From positions 1 through 53,871 of the IMG/VR virus record IMGVR_UViG_2718218453_000001: 53,871 nt of DNA, one strand, 5' to 3'. The translations under genes and the position numbers were made by a program. Origin of the DNA: a virus (taxonomy: Duplodnaviria; Heunggongvirae; Uroviricota; Caudoviricetes). Below are positions 10,285-19,245 of the stretch, one piece after another. Each line of letters begins with the position of its first letter. Position 1 is the first letter of the stretch. The notes under the pieces were generated by a model. It was not told the DNA's origin. It did no database searches and saw nothing but the letters and a program-made list of their open reading frames with translations.

Positions 10285-10480
10285 TGGTGAATAGTTGTGA
10301 GGAACAATAATGAAATAATCATTCGGAATAAAAATTTCACTTTTGATGAAAAAAAATCATAAATCACGCTACCTTCCGATGAACACTCATGAACAGTCAC
10401 TGAATACTGCCTTGTCAACCCTTCACCTCTTAACTAGCTGTATTATCAATTTTTTTATCAAAGTGAACAGTAGTGAATAG
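10285..10480. promoter_or_regulatory. Second iteron cluster (candidate crr-like replication region)
   Basis: Repeated GTGAATAG / TGAACAG / GTGAACAG motifs (10286, 10390, 10463, 10473) in the AT-rich intergenic region; ATCACGCTA is shared with the 5831 region; about 4.5 kb from the first cluster. Confidence 0.35.
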
Positions 10481-10546
10481 TATTTATTAAAGGAAAGTTG
10501 AAGATCAGACATGACACATTTCTCTGGCTAGCCAGAACAAGGTCAT

Positions 10547-10564
10547 TGTTCTGTCACTGACACA
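10547..10564 (+). promoter_or_regulatory. Delta/Ogr-dependent late promoter dyad upstream of sid
   Basis: TGT-N12-ACA inside the perfect inverted repeat ATTGT...ACAAT, centred about 80 nt upstream of the sid start codon. Confidence 0.6.
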
Positions 10565-10636
10565 ATCCCCCTCGGTAGTGCGCTTGTATGGGCATCGGCA
10601 CAATTGACACGACAACAAAACACTACCGGAGCATTC

Positions 10637-11389
10637 ATGACTACTGTTAACCAGATCTCTGATGCAAACATTACATCCTCCCTCCCGCCGAAAATTCGCG
10701 AAGCGGTGGAAAAAGTTAAGGCAGCAAAAGCTGTCTGGCAGGAAGAACGGCGAAAACAAACTGAAGCTGCTGCAATGATTGAAACTATCCGTAAACGTCA
10801 GGAAGATACAAAAACGGAAACGCAGGCGCTTAATGATGAATGGCGAAACCTGTTTCGTGAGAATCAGGGAAATATGACACCACGCATGAAAAAACTGCGG
10901 GCAGAAATCGCCCTCGGACGCGAAACACTGGATGAGTTCGAAGATTTGCTGGCAGCTCAGGTGGCAGAAAATGAATTCCTGCCCTGGAAAACTGCGGATG
11001 CTGCAAACCACTACATCAGCGAACATAATCGCCTGATTGAAACTCATGCAGTGTGGCTCTGGAATGAGTTTATGAAGGAACACGGCCAGAAACTTATTCA
11101 GATCCTTGGACTGTTGAAAATGACTCTGGGCCGAAGCGCTTCTGCTGTTATCGGTGTAGTTCATACCGTAAACGACCCCGAAAGTGTGCTGAAGCAATTT
11201 ATCAGCGAGCAACTCACCACTCCGGCACTGTCCTGTAACGTATCTTCAACGGATGATATTACCCTGCCGGGGATCAGCATTTATGCGGACGATAAAGCCA
11301 TCCAGGATGCCAGACAATCCCCCAGCCCTGCAGCGCGTTCACGGATGCTTAAACAGCGTGACATGGTTAAAGGGGGCGAGAAGAAATGA
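10637..11389 (+). CDS. sid: Sid-like external scaffold (capsid size determination) protein
   Basis: 250 aa from ATG with GGAG RBS; highly charged alpha-helical composition; first gene after the late-promoter dyad, followed by psu and delta. Confidence 0.6.
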   Translation: MTTVNQISDANITSSLPPKIREAVEKVKAAKAVWQEERRKQTEAAAMIETIRKRQEDTKTETQALNDEWRNLFRENQGNMTPRMKKLRAEIALGRETLDEFEDLLAAQVAENEFLPWKTADAANHYISEHNRLIETHAVWLWNEFMKEHGQKLIQILGLLKMTLGRSASAVIGVVHTVNDPESVLKQFISEQLTTPALSCNVSSTDDITLPGISIYADDKAIQDARQSPSPAARSRMLKQRDMVKGGEKK

Positions 11390-11940
11390 ATGCCGGAACC
11401 ATTACTCAGGAAGCTCTCAACGATTACCGCTCGGCGATAAAAAGCTGGCTGACACTACGTAATACGCAAAGTACCTACCAGCTTCGTCTGGCGGCTCTGC
11501 TGAATACTGAAGAAAAACCGGCAGCATATGCCAGCCAGCTTGAGGAGCTTCGTGAGCGTCTTGCTGTCCTCGAATGGCAGATTAACTGTGCTGCACGGGA
11601 TGGTCTTTATGCTCACCAGATTGTGCTGGAGAGTTGTGTTACAAGCGCAACGGAAAACTTCATGAGCGAGCATGGTGATGCACTCACTGACGCACTGGCT
11701 CCTTTTCTTTGCGCTCCATACGGGCTTGAGGCGGCAATGAAAATATTACGAACCGCTGTAGCCCGACAAACGGAAGTGCGTACTCCGGTAATTTCAGCAG
11801 CATACAAGAGCATTATCGACGAAACCGGATTAACGGTGGATGCATCAATGTACGCTGATGCTTCAACCAGTTTCACCCCGGCACAACATAAAGTTTTCCT
11901 GGCCCGCCTTAACCGACTTAATGAAAAAGGAGGGTACTGA
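11386..11940 (+). CDS. psu: Psu-like polarity suppression / capsid decoration protein
   Basis: 184 aa, ATGA overlap with sid; position and size match P4 Psu. Confidence 0.6.
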   Translation: MNAGTITQEALNDYRSAIKSWLTLRNTQSTYQLRLAALLNTEEKPAAYASQLEELRERLAVLEWQINCAARDGLYAHQIVLESCVTSATENFMSEHGDALTDALAPFLCAPYGLEAAMKILRTAVARQTEVRTPVISAAYKSIIDETGLTVDASMYADASTSFTPAQHKVFLARLNRLNEKGGY

Positions 11941-11941
11941 T

Positions 11942-12214
11942 ATGGCCCTGAAGTGTCCTGAATGTGGGACGGTCGCTCACGCCAGAACCAGCGCCTATGA
12001 AGCTCCATCGGTTAAACGCTCATGGTATCAGTGCCAGAATCTGGAATGTTCCTGCACATTTACCGCTCTGGAAAGCGTGGATACGATAATTATGAAGCCT
12101 TGGCGCAATGAACAGGAATCAGACAAAGAACAAATGCCAGAAAAACAACAGCAAACTCTCAACCGCTATGGCTCCGCGTCAAAGCTGTCAAGCCGTCAGC
12201 TAATTCCTGTCTGA
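11942..12214 (+). CDS. delta: Delta/Ogr-family zinc-finger late transcription activator
   Basis: CPECGTVAHARTS...YQCQNLECSCTF matches the Ogr/Delta CxxC-N22-CxxxxC zinc finger; AGGAGGG RBS. Confidence 0.85.
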   Translation: MALKCPECGTVAHARTSAYEAPSVKRSWYQCQNLECSCTFTALESVDTIIMKPWRNEQESDKEQMPEKQQQTLNRYGSASKLSSRQLIPV

Positions 12215-12238
12215 TTAGCAAAATACGCCCACGTAGTC

Positions 12239-12262
12239 CCGGTCCAGTACCGGGATTTTTTA
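12239..12262 (+). terminator. Rho-independent terminator of sid-psu-delta operon
   Basis: Stem cccggt / accggg followed by TTTTTT. Confidence 0.65.
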
Positions 12263-12289
12263 CGCCTTTTCCCTGGCTGGCCTGAAGGC

Positions 12290-12450
12290 GTATGAGTGCA
12301 TATCTATAGCGCATGAAAACGCATGAGTCTCATGCGCCATTTTTGACGCGAAAGCCCTTGTGTGGTGGCTTCTGAGACGATTTACGGGGTGCATGAAAAC
12401 CAGTCTGTTAAGCGAAGCGGGCAGGCGGGCGGGGCAGCGCACGCTGTGTA
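12290..12450. other. cos-like region of satellite (putative cohesive-end site)
   Basis: Homologous block-by-block to 28535-28695 of the prophage (gtgcatatctatagcgcatga, ggtgcatgaaaacca, aagcgggcaggcg); GGCGGGCGGGGCAGCGCAC at 12424-12442 resembles the P2/186 19-nt cohesive end as recalled. Confidence 0.5.
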
Positions 12451-12639
12451 TGGTCAAAGTAACTTTTAACTTTCAATGAGTACCTGATTGAAAGAATCGT
12501 TTATCACGTTAAAGCGATAACAATGATTTTAAGCAGCGAGTGTGGTGTAAGTATCATTGTCGAGTAAAAATGTTGCAAGCTATTGAAATAAGTATATATT
12601 GCAAATGATGAGGAAAATAAAATATGCAAGGACCTACTC

Positions 12640-13038
12640 ATGGATGCACTGCATGTCGCGCTTGAAAATCTGATTAGAGATGATGGTCAAACACTAAATA
12701 GTTATTTTAGTGAAGTTAAAGTTAATTCATTGATTGAAAATACAAATGCAACTTGTCATTTTCATTGCCTTAATCTTGATGGCAATGGACGTCCTCGGGT
12801 AGACGCGTTAATCCAATTCTTGAACGATAAAGTAGTTGATTATGCTATTCCAAGGAAAAAAATCAATGAGGCAGTGCAATATTTTAATGAAACACAATCA
12901 ACAGCGAAAATAACAAAATTAGCAAATCAAGCAAAAAATTATTTACTAGGCTTGCAAATAGTGGCGAAGGCGGTGAATTTATTCTTTTTTTATTTGCAGA
13001 GCAATTCCTTAGATTTCCACAAATTATTTGCAAAATGA
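12640..13038 (+). CDS. Hachiman HamA-like protein, N-terminal part (possibly one gene with next ORF)
   Basis: AT-rich 132-aa ORF; ends in ATGA overlap with the next ORF; a T7 homopolymer at 12985-12991 lies where the two frames are both open. Confidence 0.45.
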   Translation: MDALHVALENLIRDDGQTLNSYFSEVKVNSLIENTNATCHFHCLNLDGNGRPRVDALIQFLNDKVVDYAIPRKKINEAVQYFNETQSTAKITKLANQAKNYLLGLQIVAKAVNLFFFYLQSNSLDFHKLFAK

Positions 13039-13580
13039 GCCTGAAAACGAGTTCTCAAATGCATTACCATGGTGCAGATGGAATACATATAGGCGTAGAT
13101 AAAGATAATAAAAAATTATGTTTATACTGGGGCGAGTCTAAACTCTATTCCAATCTGAGCAAAGGTATTTCTGAGTGTATGGATAGTATAGCTCCATTAC
13201 TTCAAAGTTCTATGGGAATAGAAGGCGCTGAGACACGTGATATGCAGTTGCTGGAGTCGCACTTAAATGTTGATGATATAGAACTAGAACAAGCGTTGAA
13301 AAGATTCTTAGATCCTGATAGCCCGGATTTTAATAAATTGGAATACAGAGGAATATGCTTAGTTGGGTTTGATCTTAAAGATTATCCACAAGGGCCCAGT
13401 TCAATTGATATCAGTGAACTAGTTGCTTTGATTAATACTAAAGTCGGGAAATGGTCAACTAGTGTGCAAGGTGGTATAGTTAATAAAAAACTTGATCGCT
13501 TTGCTATGCATGTTTTTATTCTTCCTTTTCCTTCAGTAAAAGCATTTAGGGCTAGTTTAATTAAAGCATTGGAGAGTTGA
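13035..13580 (+). CDS. Putative PD-(D/E)xK-type nuclease module (HamA-like, C-terminal part)
   Basis: 181 aa; motif GVDKD...LCLYWGESK resembles a D...ExK nuclease core; stop 2 nt before the helicase ATG. Confidence 0.5.
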   Translation: MSLKTSSQMHYHGADGIHIGVDKDNKKLCLYWGESKLYSNLSKGISECMDSIAPLLQSSMGIEGAETRDMQLLESHLNVDDIELEQALKRFLDPDSPDFNKLEYRGICLVGFDLKDYPQGPSSIDISELVALINTKVGKWSTSVQGGIVNKKLDRFAMHVFILPFPSVKAFRASLIKALES

Positions 13581-13581
13581 A

Positions 13582-16164
13582 ATGTCGTTGCGAGATTTAT
13601 CTGGGTGGTTGATTAAGAATCAAGGATTCTTAAGAAAATATCAGGCATTAGTCGCTAACTCGATAAAAGATCAATTTCCAGAGTTAAAATCAGATGTAAT
13701 CCCACAGATTAGTTCTGAGGATGTCGGCTATCTTTTAACATGTGCTAGTTCTTTGGCTTTCTCAAGTGATGAGAAATGCCAAGATGCAGCCTTAAGGATT
13801 GCACAGTATTGCTTATTGAATGAAAAAAGTGAAGCAAGAAAAGATAGTGCTGCATTAATTCTTGATTCATTATCTAATAATCCAGCAATACAACTTGCTG
13901 AAAATAGGGGGTATCTTAACCCTGATTTCGAAGAAAGATTACCCTTAAAGGCTCAGTTAGAACTAACTAAAAGAAAAATTCTATATACAATTGAAATAGA
14001 TGCTGATAAGCATATTTATGCTAATAGGTTTCAATCAGAGTTTTGGGATGCGGTACAAGAAAACTCATGGGTTAGTGTCTCTGCTCCTACCTCTGTAGGA
14101 AAATCATTTATCCTGGAATCTTGGGTGGAGCAGTTTGTAAAAAGAAATAAGAATTGCTTAGTTATTTATATCGTACCAACAAGGGCATTGATTTCAGAAG
14201 TATATTCTGAGTTGCAAAAACGTTTGGATCCTAATTTAACAAATATAGTTAATATTCAGACACTACCATTGAGTAATGTATACCAGAGCGAAAAATCTAA
14301 TGTCTTCATATTTACACAGGAAAGATTAAATTTATTCTACAATCATTTCTCACAAATTCCAAAGATAGACGTCTTAGTTGTTGATGAAGCACACAAGATC
14401 GGTGATGGTGGAAGAGGTGTTATTCTTCAACATGTAATTGAACTGACTTGTCTAAATAACCCTGATTCAAAAGTTATCTTTGCAAGTCCTTTCACCTTAA
14501 ATCCTGAAATATTGCTCAGTGATGCTCCAATATTAAAAAACAAAAGAACTATAAAAAGTGACTATGTTACAGTTAATCAAAATTTAATATGGGTAGAACA
14601 AAAACCACGCAAGACCAAAGATTGGTTGATGTATTATTTTGCAAACGGTGAAAAACGCGAGTTAGGAAACTTTTCTTTAGAAAATGCACCATCTCCTGAA
14701 AGTAAAAGATTGCCTTTTGTAGCTCTTTGTTTAGGTAAGGGGGCTTCTGGTAACGTAGTTTACGTAAATGGAGCCGCTGAAGCAGAATCTACTTCCAAGC
14801 TAATATCTGCAAGTATAGAAAATGAGACTGAGGATGAAGAAATTTTAGCTCTCGTTGAGCTTAGTGAGACAATTATACATAAAAATTTCGCATTAAATCG
14901 CACTCTAAAAAAGAGAGTCGCTTTTCATTATGGCAACATGCCTTTAATAATAAAGGGCGAGATTGAACGATTGTTTAGTAAAGGTAAGATTGATTTTTTA
15001 ATTTGTACCTCAACTTTAGTTGAGGGCGTAAACATGGCTTGTAAAAATATTTTTATAAGAGGCCCTAAAAAGGGTAATTCAACCCCGATGCGAGAAGAGG
15101 ATTTTTGGAATCTTGCTGGCAGAGCTGGTCGTTGGGGAAAAGAATTCCAAGGTAATGTCATCTGCATCGATAGCGACAATGAAAAAATTTGGAATGGAGA
15201 GCCTCCAAAAACCAAAAAAAATATATTTATAACTCGCGCCACGGATGCTATTTCCCATGACATGGATAAGTTGGTTTCCTATATTTTTTCAGAGCATCAT
15301 TTTGGTATGTCTGAGCGGAATCCTAATCTCCAGAGTCTATTTAGTTATTTATGTTCATCATTTTATTTTTATAATGGCTTGGATAATAATCCTTACATGG
15401 AAAAGTACAATATAAAAAATATCGATGTTTTAAATGAAGCAATATTTGATGTTTTTGATTCTTTAACTTTTCCACACGAATTGGTTGTGCGGCATCCTGG
15501 TATAAGCCCGCTTTTAATGCAAAACCTTTGGGATAGATTTTCGCGGGATACAAACAAACCTGTAGAGAGATTACTGCTTTCTGAACCTGGTAGTAATGAT
15601 GCGTTAGATTCATATGTATCCGCATTCTCTAGAATTAGTGATACTCTGAGTAAGAAGCTAGGTTATAATTCAAAAGGAGCTTACGTACAGGCCTTGTTAG
15701 TTTCCAAGTGGATGAAAGGTTATCCCCTAGCAAGATTGATCTCGGATAGAATAAGATATAACAAAAAGAAAAATATTGTTTTCAAAGAAGCGACTTTAAT
15801 ACGAGGGGTTATGAAGGATGTTGAAGAGATCGCTCGCTATCAAGCTCCAAGGCTTTTAGGATGTTATAATGATTTATTAAAAAGCTTTTATCTTTCGATA
15901 GATCGCACAGACTTAGCAAAAGATGTTGAAGATATCGGTGTTTATTTAGAACTGGGTGTAAGTTTAAAAACTCAGATTTCACTAATAGGGCTTGGCTTTT
16001 CAAGAACTGCTGCTGTAATGATTTCAGAGCTTATTCCTAATGATAGTTTAGATGAGGAAGAATGCATTAATTGGATTAAGGACAATAAAGTTGACATGGA
16101 AGAACTGCCACAATTAGTTCAAAACGAAATACATAATATATTTCGTAACTTTTGGGTACAATAG
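13582..16164 (+). CDS. SF2 (Ski2/Lhr-like) helicase, Hachiman HamB-like
   Basis: Walker A APTSVGKS, motif II VVDEAH, motif VI NLAGRAGRWG, C-terminal RecA-like block FHYGNMP...ICTSTLVEGVNMACKNIFI; 860 aa, AT-rich. Confidence 0.8.
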   Translation: MSLRDLSGWLIKNQGFLRKYQALVANSIKDQFPELKSDVIPQISSEDVGYLLTCASSLAFSSDEKCQDAALRIAQYCLLNEKSEARKDSAALILDSLSNNPAIQLAENRGYLNPDFEERLPLKAQLELTKRKILYTIEIDADKHIYANRFQSEFWDAVQENSWVSVSAPTSVGKSFILESWVEQFVKRNKNCLVIYIVPTRALISEVYSELQKRLDPNLTNIVNIQTLPLSNVYQSEKSNVFIFTQERLNLFYNHFSQIPKIDVLVVDEAHKIGDGGRGVILQHVIELTCLNNPDSKVIFASPFTLNPEILLSDAPILKNKRTIKSDYVTVNQNLIWVEQKPRKTKDWLMYYFANGEKRELGNFSLENAPSPESKRLPFVALCLGKGASGNVVYVNGAAEAESTSKLISASIENETEDEEILALVELSETIIHKNFALNRTLKKRVAFHYGNMPLIIKGEIERLFSKGKIDFLICTSTLVEGVNMACKNIFIRGPKKGNSTPMREEDFWNLAGRAGRWGKEFQGNVICIDSDNEKIWNGEPPKTKKNIFITRATDAISHDMDKLVSYIFSEHHFGMSERNPNLQSLFSYLCSSFYFYNGLDNNPYMEKYNIKNIDVLNEAIFDVFDSLTFPHELVVRHPGISPLLMQNLWDRFSRDTNKPVERLLLSEPGSNDALDSYVSAFSRISDTLSKKLGYNSKGAYVQALLVSKWMKGYPLARLISDRIRYNKKKNIVFKEATLIRGVMKDVEEIARYQAPRLLGCYNDLLKSFYLSIDRTDLAKDVEDIGVYLELGVSLKTQISLIGLGFSRTAAVMISELIPNDSLDEEECINWIKDNKVDMEELPQLVQNEIHNIFRNFWVQ

Positions 16165-16196
16165 TCTTATTTAGACGATTTTTTAAACAATCAATA

Positions 16197-16245
16197 GAGA
16201 AGTTTTTGAATTTTATCATTCTTCCAGTAACAAAAACTTCTCTTT
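16197..16245. terminator. Bidirectional hairpin between convergent genes
   Basis: Perfect 13-bp inverted repeat AGAGAAGTTTTTG / CAAAAACTTCTCT. Confidence 0.5.
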
Positions 16246-16256
16246 TATAACACCGC

Positions 16257-16715
16257 TCAGGCTATTCCAGAATAGGCTTTGCTTACTTCACTATGCCTTG
16301 TGCCGCAATGCCTCAAAATAACAAGGCCATGTTGCAGTAACGCCTCACTACGTTCAGGTTCAAACCATTTCCCGTTAAATTTTCCTCCGTGAAAAAGATT
16401 GTTTCTTACACGGCGGATTAACAAAAAAAGAAATTTTGCTAAATCTTTTTCTTGTGGTAAAGAATCATCCCAAACTAAAGAGTCATCTTCTATGATTTGT
16501 TTTTTGGGTGGGTGTTCTTTAAAGTAGGTGATAGCAGCAATTAGCTCTGGATCAGTTGTGTTATTTATGATTTCAGAAACTTGCTTTGCATACTCATCCC
16601 AGTTCGCTTTAGCATCTTTTATTTTATGATGAAGTCCACATGCCTTAAGGCAATATTCATAACGTGAAAACTCTCTAAAGAATTCATAACATAAATTATC
16701 TAGATTATTCTCCAT
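16257..16715 (-). CDS. HEPN-motif protein (putative RNase-type abortive-infection or toxin component)
   Basis: 152 aa, AT-rich; R-x4-H motif RNNLFH near C-terminus; GGAGAT RBS; downstream of and co-directional with int. Confidence 0.55.
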   Translation of the reverse strand: MENNLDNLCYEFFREFSRYEYCLKACGLHHKIKDAKANWDEYAKQVSEIINNTTDPELIAAITYFKEHPPKKQIIEDDSLVWDDSLPQEKDLAKFLFLLIRRVRNNLFHGGKFNGKWFEPERSEALLQHGLVILRHCGTRHSEVSKAYSGIA

Positions 16716-16744
16716 GAACTATATCTCCATGTATAACAAGTTAA

Positions 16745-17944
16745 CTAATATTGATTGCGCTCGTACACTTTTTGGCCCCACCAATTCATAAGTCCTATTC
16801 GTTGCTCAAGGTAAGTTGAACGATTATATGCTCTGCGCACTTCATTTTTATCACTATGTGCAAGAGCAGCCTCAATTACATCTGCATTAAAACCCGCTTC
16901 ATTTAATGCGGTGCTGGCAATTGAACGCAATCCATGAGCAACCAATCTACCACCAAATCCAATCCTTTTTAAAGCAGCATTTGCCGTCTGGCTATTCATT
17001 GGTTGCTTTGGGTCATTCCGACTCGGGAAAACATGTTCACGATGGGCACTGATTAGCTTCATCACATCAAGAATCTCTAATGCCTGAGGAGATAGAGGGA
17101 CTATGTGTTCCCGCTTAGCCTTCATTCGTTCAGCTGGGATAGTCCAGAGCTTTGCATCGAGATCGAGCTCAGCCCACCTAGCACCGGAAGCCTCAGAAGG
17201 ACGAACTAGAGTCAGGAGTTGCCACTCAATGAGGCAGCGAGTCGGAACAGACAAATTTGACATGACGAGAGAACGCATCAGCATAGGCAATTCTTCTGGG
17301 CGCAACGTAGGCATATTTTGTTTTTTTGGCTTCTCAAAGGCCATTCCAATGCCTGATGCTGGATTGGCATCAATAAGACCAGTATTTACGGCATAAATCA
17401 TTATCTCGTTAACACGCTGCACCAACCGGCGCACCGTCTCCAGCGCCCCACGAGCTTTGATCGGTTCAAGGGCTTCAACCAGTGTTCGGGCTTTGATTTG
17501 CTGGACAGGGATCTCCCCGATGGTGGGGAATACGTCTTTTTCCAGTGAACGCCATATATCTTTAGCGTAATCATGGGTAACGCTTTTGCTTTTGAGCTGG
17601 AACCAGTTAGCGGCGACCGTCGAAAAAATACTGTCCAGAGCGATTTGCTGCTGTTCCTCTGCAACTTCAGCTTGAATTTGCGGGTCGATTCCGTTGGCTA
17701 ATAGGGCAAGGTAATCTGCTCTTAACCCTCGGGCATCAGCAAGAGAAAGGGCAGGAAAAGCACCAAGTCCCATCATAGTCCGCTGTTTTGTTGCTGGGCG
17801 TTGATAGCGAAAGCGCCAGAGTTTCTTGCCGCTAGTTTTCACTATCAGGAAAAGCCCATCGCCATCATGCAGCGTTAGATCCTTCTCTAACGCTTTCGCG
17901 CGCAGAACTTCGGTGTTGGTCAGGGGGCGTGTTGTCCGTGCCAC
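16745..17944 (-). CDS. int: P4-type tyrosine integrase
   Basis: 399 aa; N-terminal MARTTRPLTNTEVLRAKA...DGDGLFL typical of P4/CP4-57 IntA-like integrases; adjacent to ssrA core copy. First codon is GTG. Confidence 0.9.
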   Translation of the reverse strand: MARTTRPLTNTEVLRAKALEKDLTLHDGDGLFLIVKTSGKKLWRFRYQRPATKQRTMMGLGAFPALSLADARGLRADYLALLANGIDPQIQAEVAEEQQQIALDSIFSTVAANWFQLKSKSVTHDYAKDIWRSLEKDVFPTIGEIPVQQIKARTLVEALEPIKARGALETVRRLVQRVNEIMIYAVNTGLIDANPASGIGMAFEKPKKQNMPTLRPEELPMLMRSLVMSNLSVPTRCLIEWQLLTLVRPSEASGARWAELDLDAKLWTIPAERMKAKREHIVPLSPQALEILDVMKLISAHREHVFPSRNDPKQPMNSQTANAALKRIGFGGRLVAHGLRSIASTALNEAGFNADVIEAALAHSDKNEVRRAYNRSTYLEQRIGLMNWWGQKVYERNQY

Positions 17945-17967
17945 TGTGGCCGCTCCTTCATGAATTG

Positions 17968-18014
17968 GTATACGCTTTTAGGTATACATCCTACCGTATA
18001 CCGAAACGTATACC
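17968..18014. promoter_or_regulatory. Four GTATAC(C) direct repeats (candidate integrase arm-type sites)
   Basis: GTATAC at 17968, 17982, 17996, 18008 with 12-14 bp spacing between int and att. Confidence 0.45.
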
Positions 18015-18060
18015 AATAATCATCGGATTTAGCCGGATGTTCTCGGACAACGACAAACAC

Positions 18061-18095
18061 AAAAAAGCCCGCAGGGCTTGTGCCATGCGGGCTTT
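18061..18095 (-). terminator. Rho-independent terminator following the ssrA 3' copy
   Basis: Minus-strand hairpin agcccgca...tgcgggct followed by TTTTTT. Confidence 0.55.
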
Positions 18096-18128
18096 CTGTA
18101 CTTCACCGGACGTATCCGGATCATTATT

Positions 18129-18173
18129 TGGTGGAGCTGGCGGGAGTTGAACCCGCGTCCGAAATTCCTACAT
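18129..18173 (-). repeat. 45-bp direct repeat of ssrA 3' end (att core)
   Basis: TGGTGGAGCTGGCGGGAGTTGAACCCGCGTCCGAAATTCCTACAT identical to 52812-52856. Confidence 0.9.
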
Positions 18174-18258
18174 ACTATCTTAACTATAACAAAAACAATG
18201 ATTTGCTTTTTAAAACAGTAGGTTGGTATTACTCGGTGTTTGTTCATTTTACTCGTTT

Positions 18259-19212
18259 TTAATGCTCTGCCGCCAAAGTGCCGCCAGTCTTTCTTGAATC
18301 TTCTAATGCTTCATGATCTTTAATTAGTACCTTCAACGAGTTAATTACTTTAATTTGGCATTCCTTAATTAAGTCAGGTAATTTTTCATCAATCTTTGTT
18401 TCTTTTGAATAGAATAAAGTTCTGTTAATGCAATTTTCCAGTCCTCCACTCTCATTCAAATCGGGGAATAGTACAAATCTCCCAAATGCAATGCCATTTT
18501 CCACTTCAACATATACCTTTGGGTGCTCATCTATATAACCGTGGTGAATTATATGATTTCGTAATGATGTTACAGTGTTTATAAAATTGCTATTTTCAAA
18601 TATGGTATCCGTTGTTGTCGAAAAAACTAATTCTTTATAGTTGCCGTATAATTTATTTTTGGATATTAATTTCTTGTATTTAGAGATTGGGAAGTTACTC
18701 TTTAATAATTCAAAGGAGATTTTAGTAACGTAGTCAAACAAACTATTCATTTTTATAAATAGCATGCTTAACAAAGAAAATAGCAAGCTTGTTTTTGGCG
18801 ATTTTGCTACTAAAATCCCTTTAAAATCTTTGTCTGGTGTGGTTATTAACAAATCGCTCCAGAGTATTTCATAAAATTGTTGCGCTATAACAGAGAGTTC
18901 CAAACTACACTCTGTTATATATGAAATTAAGACTTCACAGTCTTGGATGTAAAGAATGTTTGAATCAAAAAATTGCGTTAATTTATTAAAAGTGTTTTTG
19001 CAAACTTGAGATTCCGAGTTATGACCAACATCTCTGATAGTGTAAATGTTAGATTCTTCGGCGATGGAAATCCTTTCTTTTATTTTATCGAAAATTGCAT
19101 ACAGGGCTATACTTAGATTTTCGATTTCATATTGTTCGTTTGTATAGATGATGTTATTCATCAGATCACTTCCTATTTCTATAATGGAGTTAGAGGTTTT
19201 TTGTAACTGCAT
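18259..19212 (-). CDS. Hypothetical protein, partner of RES-like gene (cargo)
   Basis: 317 aa, strongly AT-rich, ATG with AAGAGG RBS, 33 nt downstream of the RES-like gene. Confidence 0.65.
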   Translation of the reverse strand: MQLQKTSNSIIEIGSDLMNNIIYTNEQYEIENLSIALYAIFDKIKERISIAEESNIYTIRDVGHNSESQVCKNTFNKLTQFFDSNILYIQDCEVLISYITECSLELSVIAQQFYEILWSDLLITTPDKDFKGILVAKSPKTSLLFSLLSMLFIKMNSLFDYVTKISFELLKSNFPISKYKKLISKNKLYGNYKELVFSTTTDTIFENSNFINTVTSLRNHIIHHGYIDEHPKVYVEVENGIAFGRFVLFPDLNESGGLENCINRTLFYSKETKIDEKLPDLIKECQIKVINSLKVLIKDHEALEDSRKTGGTLAAEH

Positions 19213-19245
19213 CCTCTTAATACTCTACCGCCAAAACGCCGCCAC

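Larger units (their letters stand above)
5697..18173. mobile_element. P4-like satellite integrated at ssrA 3' core
   Basis: Contains P4-type integrase, alpha primase-helicase, AlpA, Sid/Psu/Delta, cos-like site and iterons; bounded by ssrA core copy 18129-18173 and a degenerate core near 5697-5725; about 12.5 kb. Confidence 0.8.

Noticed and set aside
18129-18173. Second tmRNA or tRNA gene at the prophage/satellite junction
   Set aside because: Only the 3'-terminal 45 nt of ssrA is present; there is no upstream tmRNA body, so it is an att core repeat, not a gene.
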